38,406 nt of DNA from an uncultured Opitutia bacterium (lineage in GTDB: Bacteria > Verrucomicrobiota > Verrucomicrobiia > Opitutales > Opitutaceae), in assembly GCA_903925425.1 (NCBI GenBank), contig CAIYFD010000313.1, positions 1 through 38,406 of the forward strand. The letters are read 5' to 3'. How positions within the stretch are numbered: position 1 is the first letter of the stretch; every line of letters starts with the position of its first letter. The notes under the pieces are model-generated. The model searched no databases and was not told where the DNA came from. It was given only the letters and a program-made list of their open reading frames with translations. The translations under genes and the position numbers were made by a program. Of the stretch, positions 8,489-16,345 are shown one piece after another.

Positions 8489-10630
8489 CTAAAGCCCGAG
8501 GAGCCCGCGCAGCTGGGTGTAATAGCCCTGATGGCGCAGCAGCCATGCGGCGACCGCGAGGGCCGCGACCACGGCCGTGACGGTGAACTGCCGGCGCTTC
8601 CTCACCGCCTCCTTGTCTTCGTAAGGATCCTCCAGTGAACGGTGCGATCCGGGTGGGAGCATCGCCACGTCGGTCAGCGCCGTGCCGAAGGGAAGGTTGA
8701 TCTTCACGCGGCCGTTCACCGCCCAGCCGTTACCCTCGAGGATGGGACCGAGCGTGCGCTGGCGGAGCTTGAGCCACGCGATGGCCATGGACGGGAGCGA
8801 GATCACGAGGATAACGCCGACCAGGACCAGCGGGAGCTGCCAGACTGCGAGTTTGGCGAGGCCCGTGGCGATGGCTCCGAGGGCGCCCATGATGGCGCCG
8901 AATGCCACGCCCAAGGCGGCGACCGTGCCGATATCGATCTTTTTGGGGGCGGCGGCGGGGCCGGTCTTGTCCGCGTTGGCGGTCTTCTCCGCGGCGGCCG
9001 CGAGCCGGCTGTTGGACTCGGCATCCGCGGCGGCCGCCCGCTTGGCGACCTGTTCCTCGATCATCCGGATGAATTTCTTGTAGGGGGCCCAGAACGCCTG
9101 GCGGATGCTGATCGGGTTGTCCGTGATGCTCGTGATGACGGCGTCCCAATCCCGGCCCTGCCGGTCGTAGAATACGCCGTGGCGGCCGACGAAGAGATAG
9201 TCGCTGTCGCCCTGCGTGAAGCAGGCGGCGATGACCATCGTCGGGGCGTTTTTCCGCGTGCAGCTGCAGTAGGCGATGTAGGCCTTGCTCATCGCGGCGA
9301 GCGGGTTCGGTCCGTCGACCTTCAAGCAGAGCTCGGTCGAGCGGCTGTCGAGGTAGAGCGTGCCGGCCTGGAAAACGGCGAGGCGGTCGCGCGAATAGAA
9401 GTCGGCGAAGTTGACGAAATTGTGCAGCAGCGCGCGGAGGTCGCGGTGGTAGCGCACGAGCCGCTCGACGTCCGTGATGGCCTTGAGCTCCGGCTCGAGC
9501 GCCTGGTCCCGCGCGACCAGCGCGGCGAGGGCGGCCTGGCTGTTGCCGGCGAGAATCTCCTTCACGCGCGGCAGGCCGAGTTGCTCGACGGCGCTGCCCT
9601 GCTTGCCGCCCAGCCAGGTTTCGTAGGGGGCAAATCGGGTGGCGAGGTCGGTCCACTCCTGCTCGGTCAGGCTGGCCTTGGCCGCGCCGAGGAGGGGAGC
9701 GACCACCCGGGAATGCAGGCCGGCGAGGGCGGTGGCCCAGGCCGGATTGACCCCCGCCCGCAGCGGCAGGGGTTGGTTGGCCTCGATGCGGGCGAGGGGA
9801 AATCCGGAGATTTCCTCCGCGGTGATCTTCATGTCCTTGGCCGCGATCGCCAGGTAGTCGGCCTCGCTCCGGTTGAGGGCGCCGAGGGCCCGCTGGTCAA
9901 ACGCGGCCAGCCGGGTCCGCGCAAAATAATCCTCCACCTTCGGCCGCACCGCTTTCAGCGCGGCGCAGGCGGCGGCGGTTTCCTCGCCGAGGATGGCGAT
10001 GTCCTTGGTGGCGCTCTGTTCGACCCACGAGGCGTAGGCGGCCAGCTCGGTGAAAAAGGCCGCGATCTTCTCGGCGGTCACGCCCACGGCGCCGGTGCGG
10101 TCATTACTGCCGCCGAGGCAGGTGACGATGTCCTTGATGAGGGCCTGGACTGCCGGGTCGTCGGTCGCCTCGGGGGGGATCACGCCGTCGCCATTGAGCG
10201 GGCTGGCTGAAAAGATCTTCGCGGTGTCGGCCGCCTCGGCGACCGAGATCGTCGCCGCATCCTTTTTCCCGAGATTGATCAGGATCTGGCGCGCGGAGCG
10301 GAGCAGGATTTGCCCGTCCGGCGTCGCGTCGTTGATTGCGTCCAGCGGGAGGGATTCATCGCCGCGGAGCACGATGGCCGGTTCCTTGAGCCGGGCGGCC
10401 GCCCACTGCACGGACGCGATAAGCTCGGCGACGCGGATGCGGCCGTCGTCATCGGAGTCGATCAAGGCGAGGGTTTTCTCGTCGAGCTCGAGCCCCTTCA
10501 CGGGGCAGCTCAGTGCGACCCAGAGCTTCTGGTCGAGCCCGGGCAGGGCGAGCAGGTCCGCGGCGGAGGCGAGGGTGACCTGGTCGAGGCCGCCGGTGCG
10601 GAAGAAGTTCCAAGGGTGCGTGGTCGGCAT
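8489..10630 (-). CDS. Conserved hypothetical membrane protein with an N-terminal EF-hand-type Ca-binding loop
   Basis: 713 aa from ATG 10630 (MPTTHPWNFFRTGG...). The DSDDDGRIRVAEL loop fits the DxDxDG EF-hand pattern. A soluble region of about 590 aa is followed by three hydrophobic segments near the C-terminus. No enzymatic motif was recognised. Confidence 0.6.
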   Translation of the reverse strand: MPTTHPWNFFRTGGLDQVTLASAADLLALPGLDQKLWVALSCPVKGLELDEKTLALIDSDDDGRIRVAELIASVQWAAARLKEPAIVLRGDESLPLDAINDATPDGQILLRSARQILINLGKKDAATISVAEAADTAKIFSASPLNGDGVIPPEATDDPAVQALIKDIVTCLGGSNDRTGAVGVTAEKIAAFFTELAAYASWVEQSATKDIAILGEETAAACAALKAVRPKVEDYFARTRLAAFDQRALGALNRSEADYLAIAAKDMKITAEEISGFPLARIEANQPLPLRAGVNPAWATALAGLHSRVVAPLLGAAKASLTEQEWTDLATRFAPYETWLGGKQGSAVEQLGLPRVKEILAGNSQAALAALVARDQALEPELKAITDVERLVRYHRDLRALLHNFVNFADFYSRDRLAVFQAGTLYLDSRSTELCLKVDGPNPLAAMSKAYIAYCSCTRKNAPTMVIAACFTQGDSDYLFVGRHGVFYDRQGRDWDAVITSITDNPISIRQAFWAPYKKFIRMIEEQVAKRAAAADAESNSRLAAAAEKTANADKTGPAAAPKKIDIGTVAALGVAFGAIMGALGAIATGLAKLAVWQLPLVLVGVILVISLPSMAIAWLKLRQRTLGPILEGNGWAVNGRVKINLPFGTALTDVAMLPPGSHRSLEDPYEDKEAVRKRRQFTVTAVVAALAVAAWLLRHQGYYTQLRGLLGL

Positions 10631-10753
10631 GGACGCGGAGGTTCTAACCGCCAAGCAATTGCAACCTGTGGTCGCTGGCAATGCTGGTGATGGGCGGCGT
10701 GGCCCACCGGGTGGGGAGTGGCACTCCGTGACCGCCGGGATTGCGGATGGTCC

Positions 10754-10775
10754 GGCGGTGAGCGGAATCACCGCC
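10754..10775 (-). terminator. GC-rich hairpin 9 nt downstream of the methyltransferase stop codon
   Basis: ggcggtga-gcggaa-tcaccgcc forms an 8-bp perfect stem. No U-tract follows, so intrinsic-terminator status is uncertain. Confidence 0.3.
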
Positions 10776-10783
10776 CTACCGGA

Positions 10784-12136
10784 TCAGGGCCGGTGCAGCG
10801 TGATCACGCACTCAAGGTGGCGGGTCTGCGGGAAGAGATCGAACGGCTGCACTGCGGCGAGCGTGTAGCCGGCGGCGAGGAAGGCCTTGAGGTCGCGCAT
10901 CTGCGTGGCCGGGTCGCACGAGACGTAGACGACGGTGTGCGGGGCGAAGGCAAAGAGCTGGGTGAGGAAGGACTCGTCGCAGCCCTTGCGCGGCGGGTCG
11001 ATGATCACGGCGGTCTCGGCGGCGGGAAACGTCAGCCCGGCGAAGATCGCCGCGGCGTCACCCGCGCGGAATTCGGCGTTGGCGATGCCGTTGGCCGCGG
11101 CATTTTCCCTCGCGAAGCGGACGCTGCTCTCGCTGATCTCGATGCCGGTCACGCGCTCGAATGCCGGCGCGGACGACAGCGCGAAGAGCCCGCTGCCACA
11201 GTAGGCGTCGACGAGGAAACGGGCCGGGCCGGCCGAGGCCTGTACCCGCACATAGCCGGTGAAGGCCGGGAGGATGAAGGGGTTGTTCTGGAAAAAATCG
11301 CGGGCGAGAAAACGGAGCCGGAGCGCCGGTGACGGACTCTGGCTGGCGATCTCCTCGGTGATGATGGCATCGTAGTCGGTCGTGACGCCCTCGGCGGCAT
11401 GGCGGAGGAGCAGGGTGGCATCGCGCTTATAGAATCCCTCGGCGAGTCGCTGCCGGGTTTTGGCGCGCACCTCGGTCAGCTGCGCGTTGATCTCCGGGGT
11501 GGCGATCGGGCACTCCGGGACGTCGACCAGTTCGAAGCGGTTCCCGGCCCGAAGAAACCCGATGGGGGACTCTGGGGTAGTCGCGACCGCATCTGAGATC
11601 TGAGATTTGAGATTTGAAGTTCCCGCATTTTGCCGCGGCGCGGCAAAATGAGGCGTGAGCTTCGACCGGTAGCCGTACTCGCGCGGAGACGCGATGACCG
11701 GGTTCACCGGGAACTCGACGCCCGCCATGTATTTCAACAGTTCGCCGACCTGGCGCTGTTTCCAGAGCAATTGCTCCGCGTAGGCGAGATGCTGGTACTG
11801 GCAGCCACCGCAGCGCCCGAAAAGGCTGCACCGGGCGGCGACCCGCTGGGGCGAGGGGGTGAGCACCGCGATGAGATCGGCCTCGGAGAAATTCTTCTGG
11901 TTGCGGAAAATCCGCACCCGCACCCGTTCGCCGGGCAGGGTGAAAGGGACCATCACAACCCAGCCGCCAGCCGAGGCCGGAGGCTGGCTCGTGGTTTCAG
12001 ACTTCAGATCTGAAATTTGAGACTCCGGCAAGGCCACGCGGCCCAAGCCCGACCCCAGGTTGGTGAGCGTGCTGATCTCCAGCTCGATCTCCTGATGATA
12101 GGCGAACGGATGGTCGTTCAATTTGTTTTTTCCCAC
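10784..12136 (-). CDS. SAM-dependent RNA (uracil-5)-methyltransferase, RlmD/RumA/TrmA family, with TRAM domain and Fe-S cysteine cluster
   Basis: TRAM-like N-terminus (EIELEISTL..GSGLGR...VPFTLPGERVRVRI), a CGGCQYQH cluster, the SAM motif DAYCGSGLFAL, DPPRKG, and C-terminal VYVSCDP...LFPQT.H.E. The start is either GTG 12136 or TTG 12121. The 910-aa track ORF is a shadow extension. The gene contains two in-frame AT-rich heptamer cassettes. Confidence 0.8.
   Translation of the reverse strand: MGKNKLNDHPFAYHQEIELEISTLTNLGSGLGRVALPESQISDLKSETTSQPPASAGGWVVMVPFTLPGERVRVRIFRNQKNFSEADLIAVLTPSPQRVAARCSLFGRCGGCQYQHLAYAEQLLWKQRQVGELLKYMAGVEFPVNPVIASPREYGYRSKLTPHFAAPRQNAGTSNLKSQISDAVATTPESPIGFLRAGNRFELVDVPECPIATPEINAQLTEVRAKTRQRLAEGFYKRDATLLLRHAAEGVTTDYDAIITEEIASQSPSPALRLRFLARDFFQNNPFILPAFTGYVRVQASAGPARFLVDAYCGSGLFALSSAPAFERVTGIEISESSVRFARENAAANGIANAEFRAGDAAAIFAGLTFPAAETAVIIDPPRKGCDESFLTQLFAFAPHTVVYVSCDPATQMRDLKAFLAAGYTLAAVQPFDLFPQTRHLECVITLHRP
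11591..11621. repeat. AT-rich heptanucleotide tandem-repeat cassette A
   Basis: + strand units: atctgag atctgag atttgag atttgaa gtt. On the gene (minus) strand this reads TCAAATC TCAAATC TCAGATC TCAGAT and is translated as TSNLKSQISD inside the methyltransferase. The tract is about one-third G+C in a much more GC-rich background. Confidence 0.9.
11994..12024. repeat. AT-rich heptanucleotide tandem-repeat cassette B (dyad-symmetric)
   Basis: + strand units: gtttcag acttcag atctgaa atttgag act, containing the perfect palindrome ttcagatctgaa. Translated as ESQISDLKSET inside the TRAM domain of the same gene. Confidence 0.9.
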
Positions 12137-12209
12137 GCAACAGACGAAATACACGAAAGCTCCGGAAAAGAAGCGGTTTTCTTTCGTGTCTTTTCGGGGA
12201 TTTCGTGGG
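12132..12209. promoter_or_regulatory. Long imperfect inverted repeat in the divergent promoter region between the two RNA methyltransferase genes
   Basis: The left arm cccacgcaacagacgaaatacacgaaag (12132-12159) mirrors the right arm ctttcgtgtcttttcggggatttcgtggg (12181-12209). The inner 9 bp, acacgaaag/ctttcgtgt, are perfect. CGAAA/TTTCG motifs are repeated on each arm. Confidence 0.45.
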
Positions 12210-12220
12210 CAACGTTGGCT

Positions 12221-13021
12221 GTGCCCCCGGAAAAAATCACCAGCCTCCAGAACCCCCGGGTGAAGGAGTTGGTGCGCCTGCGCGACCGCCGGCCGCGCGA
12301 CGAGGCCGGCCTGTTCCTCGTCGAGGGCTACCGCGAGGTCCGGCGTGCGCTGGAGAAAAAGATCCCGCTGCGGGAGGTGTATTTCGCCCCCGAATGGTTC
12401 CTCGGCGAAAACGAGCGCCCGCTGCTGGAGCAGGCCGCGGCGGCCGGGGCGACGCTCTGCGAGCTTTCCAAGGAGGCCTTCGCCAAGGTCGCCTACCGGG
12501 AGCGTCCCGACGGCCTTCTGGCAGTCGCCCCGCAATGGCACCGGAAACTCGAGGACCTCGTGCTGCCCAAGACGCCCTTTCTGCTCGTCGTCGAGGCGAT
12601 CGAGAAGCCGGGCAACCTCGGCACGATCCTGCGCAGTGCCGACGCCGCCGGCTGCGATGCCGTGATTGTCTGCGATCCGGTCACCGACCTCTTTAATCCC
12701 AACGTGGTCCGGGCTTCCACCGGCGTGCTTTTTTCCGTGCCCTGCGTCGTGGCCGAGAGCACCGCGGTGCACGCCTGGCTCCGCGGAAAGAAGATCCGCA
12801 CGGTGGCGACGACCCCGGCGGCGGAAAAAATCTACTCCGATACCGACCTGCGCGGCCCGCTCGCGGTGGTCATGGGCAGCGAGCAATTCGGACTCAGCAA
12901 GTTCTGGCTGGAGAACGCGGATCTCCCCGTCCGCATCCCGATGGCCGGCCAGGCCGATTCGCTCAATGTCGCGATGGCCACGATCATCACGCTCTTCGAG
13001 GCGGTACGGCAGCGGGGCTGA
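12221..13021 (+). CDS. TrmH/SpoU family RNA 2'-O-methyltransferase
   Basis: Has NPRVKELVRLRD, the SpoU motifs EKPGNLGTILRSADAAG, VMGSEQFGLS and IPM.G.ADSLNVAMA. The start is in-frame GTG 12221 or TTG 12215. The upstream part of the 334-aa track ORF overlaps the divergent gene. Confidence 0.8.
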   Translation: MPPEKITSLQNPRVKELVRLRDRRPRDEAGLFLVEGYREVRRALEKKIPLREVYFAPEWFLGENERPLLEQAAAAGATLCELSKEAFAKVAYRERPDGLLAVAPQWHRKLEDLVLPKTPFLLVVEAIEKPGNLGTILRSADAAGCDAVIVCDPVTDLFNPNVVRASTGVLFSVPCVVAESTAVHAWLRGKKIRTVATTPAAEKIYSDTDLRGPLAVVMGSEQFGLSKFWLENADLPVRIPMAGQADSLNVAMATIITLFEAVRQRG

Positions 13022-13074
13022 TCGGGCCGGCCGGTTTATCCCGGAGCCGCCGTGATGGTGACGACGGTCGAGCC

Positions 13075-13605
13075 CTACCGCGCGGCGCCGCCGTTCCCCG
13101 CCAGACGCTGCACGAGGGCCCGGTAGGGCAACAGGAGCAACAGGGCCATCACGAGCTTGGCCGCGAGGTCGCCCGTGGCGAGCGGCAGCCAGGCCACCGG
13201 GGTGCCGGCGAAGGCGAGGCTGAAGAAGATCGCGGTGTCGATGACCGAGGCGGCGCTCGACCCGAAGAGCGGCGCCTTCCACCAGCTGAGGGTCCGCAGC
13301 CGGTTGAAGACGACAACATCGAGCAGCTGCGAGACGATGAAGGCCGAGCCCGACGCGGCGGCGATGCGCCAGGGCGCGAGCAGCACGGACCAGGCGAGCC
13401 CGACGGCGAATCCCACCCAGGCCACGCGCCGGGCGAGCGCCGGCCCGGTGACGCGGTTGCAGACATCGGTGACAAGATAAGCGACCGGGTAGGAAAAGGC
13501 GCCCCACGTGAGCCACGCGTTCAGCGGGAACTGCACGAGGAGGTTCGAGACCAGCACGATCGCCGCCATGGCGAGGGCCGGGAGGATGATCTGTCGCGGG
13601 TTCAT
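13075..13605 (-). CDS. yhhQ: Queuosine-precursor transporter (YhhQ/VUT, DUF165 family)
   Basis: 176 aa from ATG 13605 (MNPRQIILPALAMAAIVLVSNLLVQFP...). Polytopic hydrophobic protein with YPVAYLVTDV and SQLLDVVVF motifs typical of the family. Its start overlaps the upstream stop codon (ATGA). Confidence 0.7.
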   Translation of the reverse strand: MNPRQIILPALAMAAIVLVSNLLVQFPLNAWLTWGAFSYPVAYLVTDVCNRVTGPALARRVAWVGFAVGLAWSVLLAPWRIAAASGSAFIVSQLLDVVVFNRLRTLSWWKAPLFGSSAASVIDTAIFFSLAFAGTPVAWLPLATGDLAAKLVMALLLLLPYRALVQRLAGNGGAAR

Positions 13606-14609
13606 GCCGGCGGAAGTCCGGGTTGGCGGTGCCAATGGATCAGCTCCGCCGTGCCGGCGGCCATCGAAACGTGAGGCGCGTAGCCCAGATCGCGCCGCGC
13701 CGCGGCGATATCGAACCAGTGGTCCTTGGCGAGCTCGGCCGCGATGAAGCGGGTCATCGGCGGTTCGCCGCGCACCGGCAGCACCCGCCAGGCGGCCTCG
13801 CACAACGCCCCGAAGACACTCGCGGCGCCGAGGGAGATGGTTTTCGTCACGGGCGGAACACCGAGTCCACGGAGGAGTGCGTTGATCCATTCCCAGAGCA
13901 GCACCGGCTCGCCGTTGGTGATGAAGTAGGCTTGGCCGCCGGCCACGGGCCGGGGGCCGGAAAGCGCGCGTTCGGCGAGAAGGTGGGCGGCGACGGCGTT
14001 GTCGATGTGGACCATGTCGACGCGGTTCTGACCGTTGCCGACGATGCGCAGTCGGCCGGCCTTGGCCCGGGCGAGGAGGCGTGGCACGAGATGGGGATCG
14101 CCCACGCCCCAGATCAAATGGGGGCGCAGGGCCACGGTGCGAAGCTCCGGCCCGTGGGCGGCGAGGATCTCGCGCTCGGCGATGGCCTTTGTGAGCGGGT
14201 ACGGACTCGGGCAGTCGCTCGTGAGCGGGAGCGATTCGTTGGCGCCGGCGAGATCGTGGCCGTTGTAGACCACGCTCGGTGTGCTGGTGTAGACGAGCCG
14301 GGCCACGCCGTGCATCCGGCAGCCGGCGAGAATCGCGCGGGTGCCGAGCACGTTGGTCCGGAAGAAATCATCGTAGTCGCCCCAGACGCCGACCTTGGCC
14401 GCGGTGTGGAACACCGTCTCGATCCCGGCGCAGGCGGCCTCCACGGCTGTCGCGTCGCCGAGCGAGGCCTGAATAAAGCGAACACCCCTGGCCTCGAGAT
14501 CGGGTGCGGGGGTGCGGCCGAGCACCGCGACCTGTCGGCCCTCCGCGAGCAGCCGCTCCACCAGTTTCCGGCCGAGGAAACCAGTGCCGCCGGTGACAAG
14601 CACGCTCAT
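13602..14609 (-). CDS. NAD(P)-dependent 3-beta-hydroxysteroid dehydrogenase/epimerase family reductase (OleD-like)
   Basis: 335 aa from ATG 14609. Rossmann motif VTGGTGFLG, then YTSTPSV, YPLTKA (YxxxK) and RP..IWG.GD..LVPRL. ATGA overlaps occur at both ends. Confidence 0.75.
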   Translation of the reverse strand: MSVLVTGGTGFLGRKLVERLLAEGRQVAVLGRTPAPDLEARGVRFIQASLGDATAVEAACAGIETVFHTAAKVGVWGDYDDFFRTNVLGTRAILAGCRMHGVARLVYTSTPSVVYNGHDLAGANESLPLTSDCPSPYPLTKAIAEREILAAHGPELRTVALRPHLIWGVGDPHLVPRLLARAKAGRLRIVGNGQNRVDMVHIDNAVAAHLLAERALSGPRPVAGGQAYFITNGEPVLLWEWINALLRGLGVPPVTKTISLGAASVFGALCEAAWRVLPVRGEPPMTRFIAAELAKDHWFDIAAARRDLGYAPHVSMAAGTAELIHWHRQPGLPPA

Positions 14610-16345
14610 GACGCCGCGTCCTCCGAGAGCGGTTTCGCCGTCGCGGCCCATTTGGCTAGGGTGAGCCGGTGAATCTTGGCGTTGTGGCGGGTGTCCACGG
14701 GAAAAAGCGGATGCACGAAGAACTGACGGATGCCCGCCGTCTGGGGCCGGGATTCGGCCGCTTTTTGCAGCAGGGCGAGGAGCATGACTCGGTCGGTGGT
14801 GAGCGATGATTCCTCCACCACCAGCGCCGGGGTCATGCGGCCCGGAGCACCCAGCCCGATCAGCGCGACGCGCAGGCCGGCGAAAGTGCTGCGAAACACC
14901 TGTTCGCACGGGTCGGTGAAAAGGGTCCCGTCAGCCGTGATCACGCGCTCGGCCTTGCGGCCGCAAAACCAGAGCCGGCCTTCGGGATCGAGCAGGCCGC
15001 AGTCGCCCATGCGGTGCCAGACCTCGGCGCGGGGCGTCGAGGAGGCGGAAGGCGGGAGGTGGGAGGCGGGAGGAGTGGATCTGGCGTCGAAGATTTTCGC
15101 CGCTGCCGTGGCCTCGGGCAGGGCATCGTACTCGCGGGTGACCACCGGCCCACGGACGATGATCTCACCGATCTCGTCGGGCGAAAGCGTCCGGGCCTCG
15201 GTCAGGCGCGCGAGGGGCTCGTCGGAGATCGCGATGATCCGCACCTCGATCCCCGGCAGGGGGCGCCCGACGCAGGTGCCCTGCGGTTGGGCGAGCAGCG
15301 GCAGCGCCTCGGCGGCGGAGATGCTGGCGACGGGCAGCGCCTCGGTGGCGCCGTAAGGGCTGTGCATCTGGCCGGCGGGAAGCCACGCGGTTGAGCTTTG
15401 CCAGAGCGCGGCGGGGACAGGAGCGCCGGCGCAGAGGACCCGGCGGAGTGAGGGCAGGGTGATGCCTTGGTCGCGGCAGTGGGTGCCGATCTTTGTCCAC
15501 AGGGTCGGCGAGCCGAAGGAGTTGGTGACTTTTTCCTGCTGGATGGCCTGCGCGATCTTGGCGGGGTCCACCGTGGCGGGGCGGCTGGGGTCGATCTCCG
15601 GCACGATGGTGGTCATGCCCAGCGCGGGATTGAAGAGGGCGAAGATCGGCAGCATCGGCAGGTCGATCTCGCCGGGCTGGATCCCGTAGGTTTCACGAAT
15701 CAACTGCACCTGCGCCTCGAACATGCCGTGTTCGTAGCAGACCCCCTTGGGTGCGCCGGTGGAGCCACTCGTGAACAGCACGGCGGCGAGGTCCGCGGCC
15801 GTGTTGCTCGCGATTTCAAATTTCAAATTTGAGATTTGAGATTGGGCGGTGAGGCGGGCCGTGAGGGAGCCGCTGACGGGGACGGTGATCTCCACGGAAC
15901 GGAAGGAGCCGCGGAAGAGATGTCGCACGAGGCGGGCCATCGGGATCCCGACGAGGGCGCGGGGGCGGGAGCGGGCGACGCAGGCGAGGAAACTTTTCAG
16001 GCCCATGCCGGGGTCGATGATGATCGGCACCGCGCCCAGCTGGAAGAGGCCGAAGGTGGCCGCGATCAACGGGAGTCCCGGGCGGACCATCACGAGCGTG
16101 CGATCGCCGCGGCGCACGCCGTGCGCCTGCAGCCGCGCGGTCCAGGCGTCGGCCTCGGCGGCGAGTTCGCGGAAACTGAGGCTCAGGTAGTCGATCGCGC
16201 CGGCGGCGGTCCTCCCACGCGGAATCTTGAGCGCGGGCGTGTCCGGCTGGCTCGCCGCCATGAGCCGGAGGTGTCGCGCGATGTTGGCGTCAGCCGGGGT
16301 AGGCACGTCGGGATGGCGGGGGTCCGTGGCGCCCGGCCGGCTCAA
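14606..16345 (-). CDS. AMP-dependent synthetase/ligase (fatty-acid CoA ligase family, OleC-like)
   Basis: 579 aa. Adenylate-forming motif LFTSGSTGAPKG, plus YGATE and a C-terminal region typical of the ANL superfamily. The start is TTG 16345, overlapping the rnd stop as TTGA, or GTG 16306. The gene contains an in-frame heptamer cassette just upstream of the P-loop motif. Confidence 0.8.
   Translation of the reverse strand: MSRPGATDPRHPDVPTPADANIARHLRLMAASQPDTPALKIPRGRTAAGAIDYLSLSFRELAAEADAWTARLQAHGVRRGDRTLVMVRPGLPLIAATFGLFQLGAVPIIIDPGMGLKSFLACVARSRPRALVGIPMARLVRHLFRGSFRSVEITVPVSGSLTARLTAQSQISNLKFEIASNTAADLAAVLFTSGSTGAPKGVCYEHGMFEAQVQLIRETYGIQPGEIDLPMLPIFALFNPALGMTTIVPEIDPSRPATVDPAKIAQAIQQEKVTNSFGSPTLWTKIGTHCRDQGITLPSLRRVLCAGAPVPAALWQSSTAWLPAGQMHSPYGATEALPVASISAAEALPLLAQPQGTCVGRPLPGIEVRIIAISDEPLARLTEARTLSPDEIGEIIVRGPVVTREYDALPEATAAAKIFDARSTPPASHLPPSASSTPRAEVWHRMGDCGLLDPEGRLWFCGRKAERVITADGTLFTDPCEQVFRSTFAGLRVALIGLGAPGRMTPALVVEESSLTTDRVMLLALLQKAAESRPQTAGIRQFFVHPLFPVDTRHNAKIHRLTLAKWAATAKPLSEDAAS
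15812..15843. repeat. AT-rich heptanucleotide tandem-repeat cassette C (dyad-symmetric)
   Basis: + strand units: gatttca aatttca aatttga gatttga gatt. Translated on the minus strand as QSQISNLKFEIAS. G+C is about 22% by direct count (7 of 32 nt). Confidence 0.9.

Noticed and set aside
11584-11668. CGACCG direct repeat flanking cassette A as a possible target-site duplication
   Set aside because: The spacing is 79 bp, which is not a multiple of 3, and a GC-rich 6-mer is likely to recur by chance. Only the 7-bp repeat around cassette C, with 60-bp spacing, was kept as an observation.
11591-12024. Possibility that the short AT-rich repeats are a CRISPR array or a minisatellite
   Set aside because: The units are 7 bp and directly abutting with no spacers. 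Each tract is only about 31 bp and lies inside a coding frame. No cas genes are present.
10784-13516. 910-aa minus-strand ORF spanning the methyltransferase, the antisense of the TrmH-like gene, and part of yhhQ
   Set aside because: Only the C-terminal 450 aa or so has methyltransferase features. The upstream part is Arg/Gly/Ala-rich shadow sequence antisense to a well-supported + strand SpoU gene. The track also allows non-ATG starts. This is a high-GC open-frame artefact.
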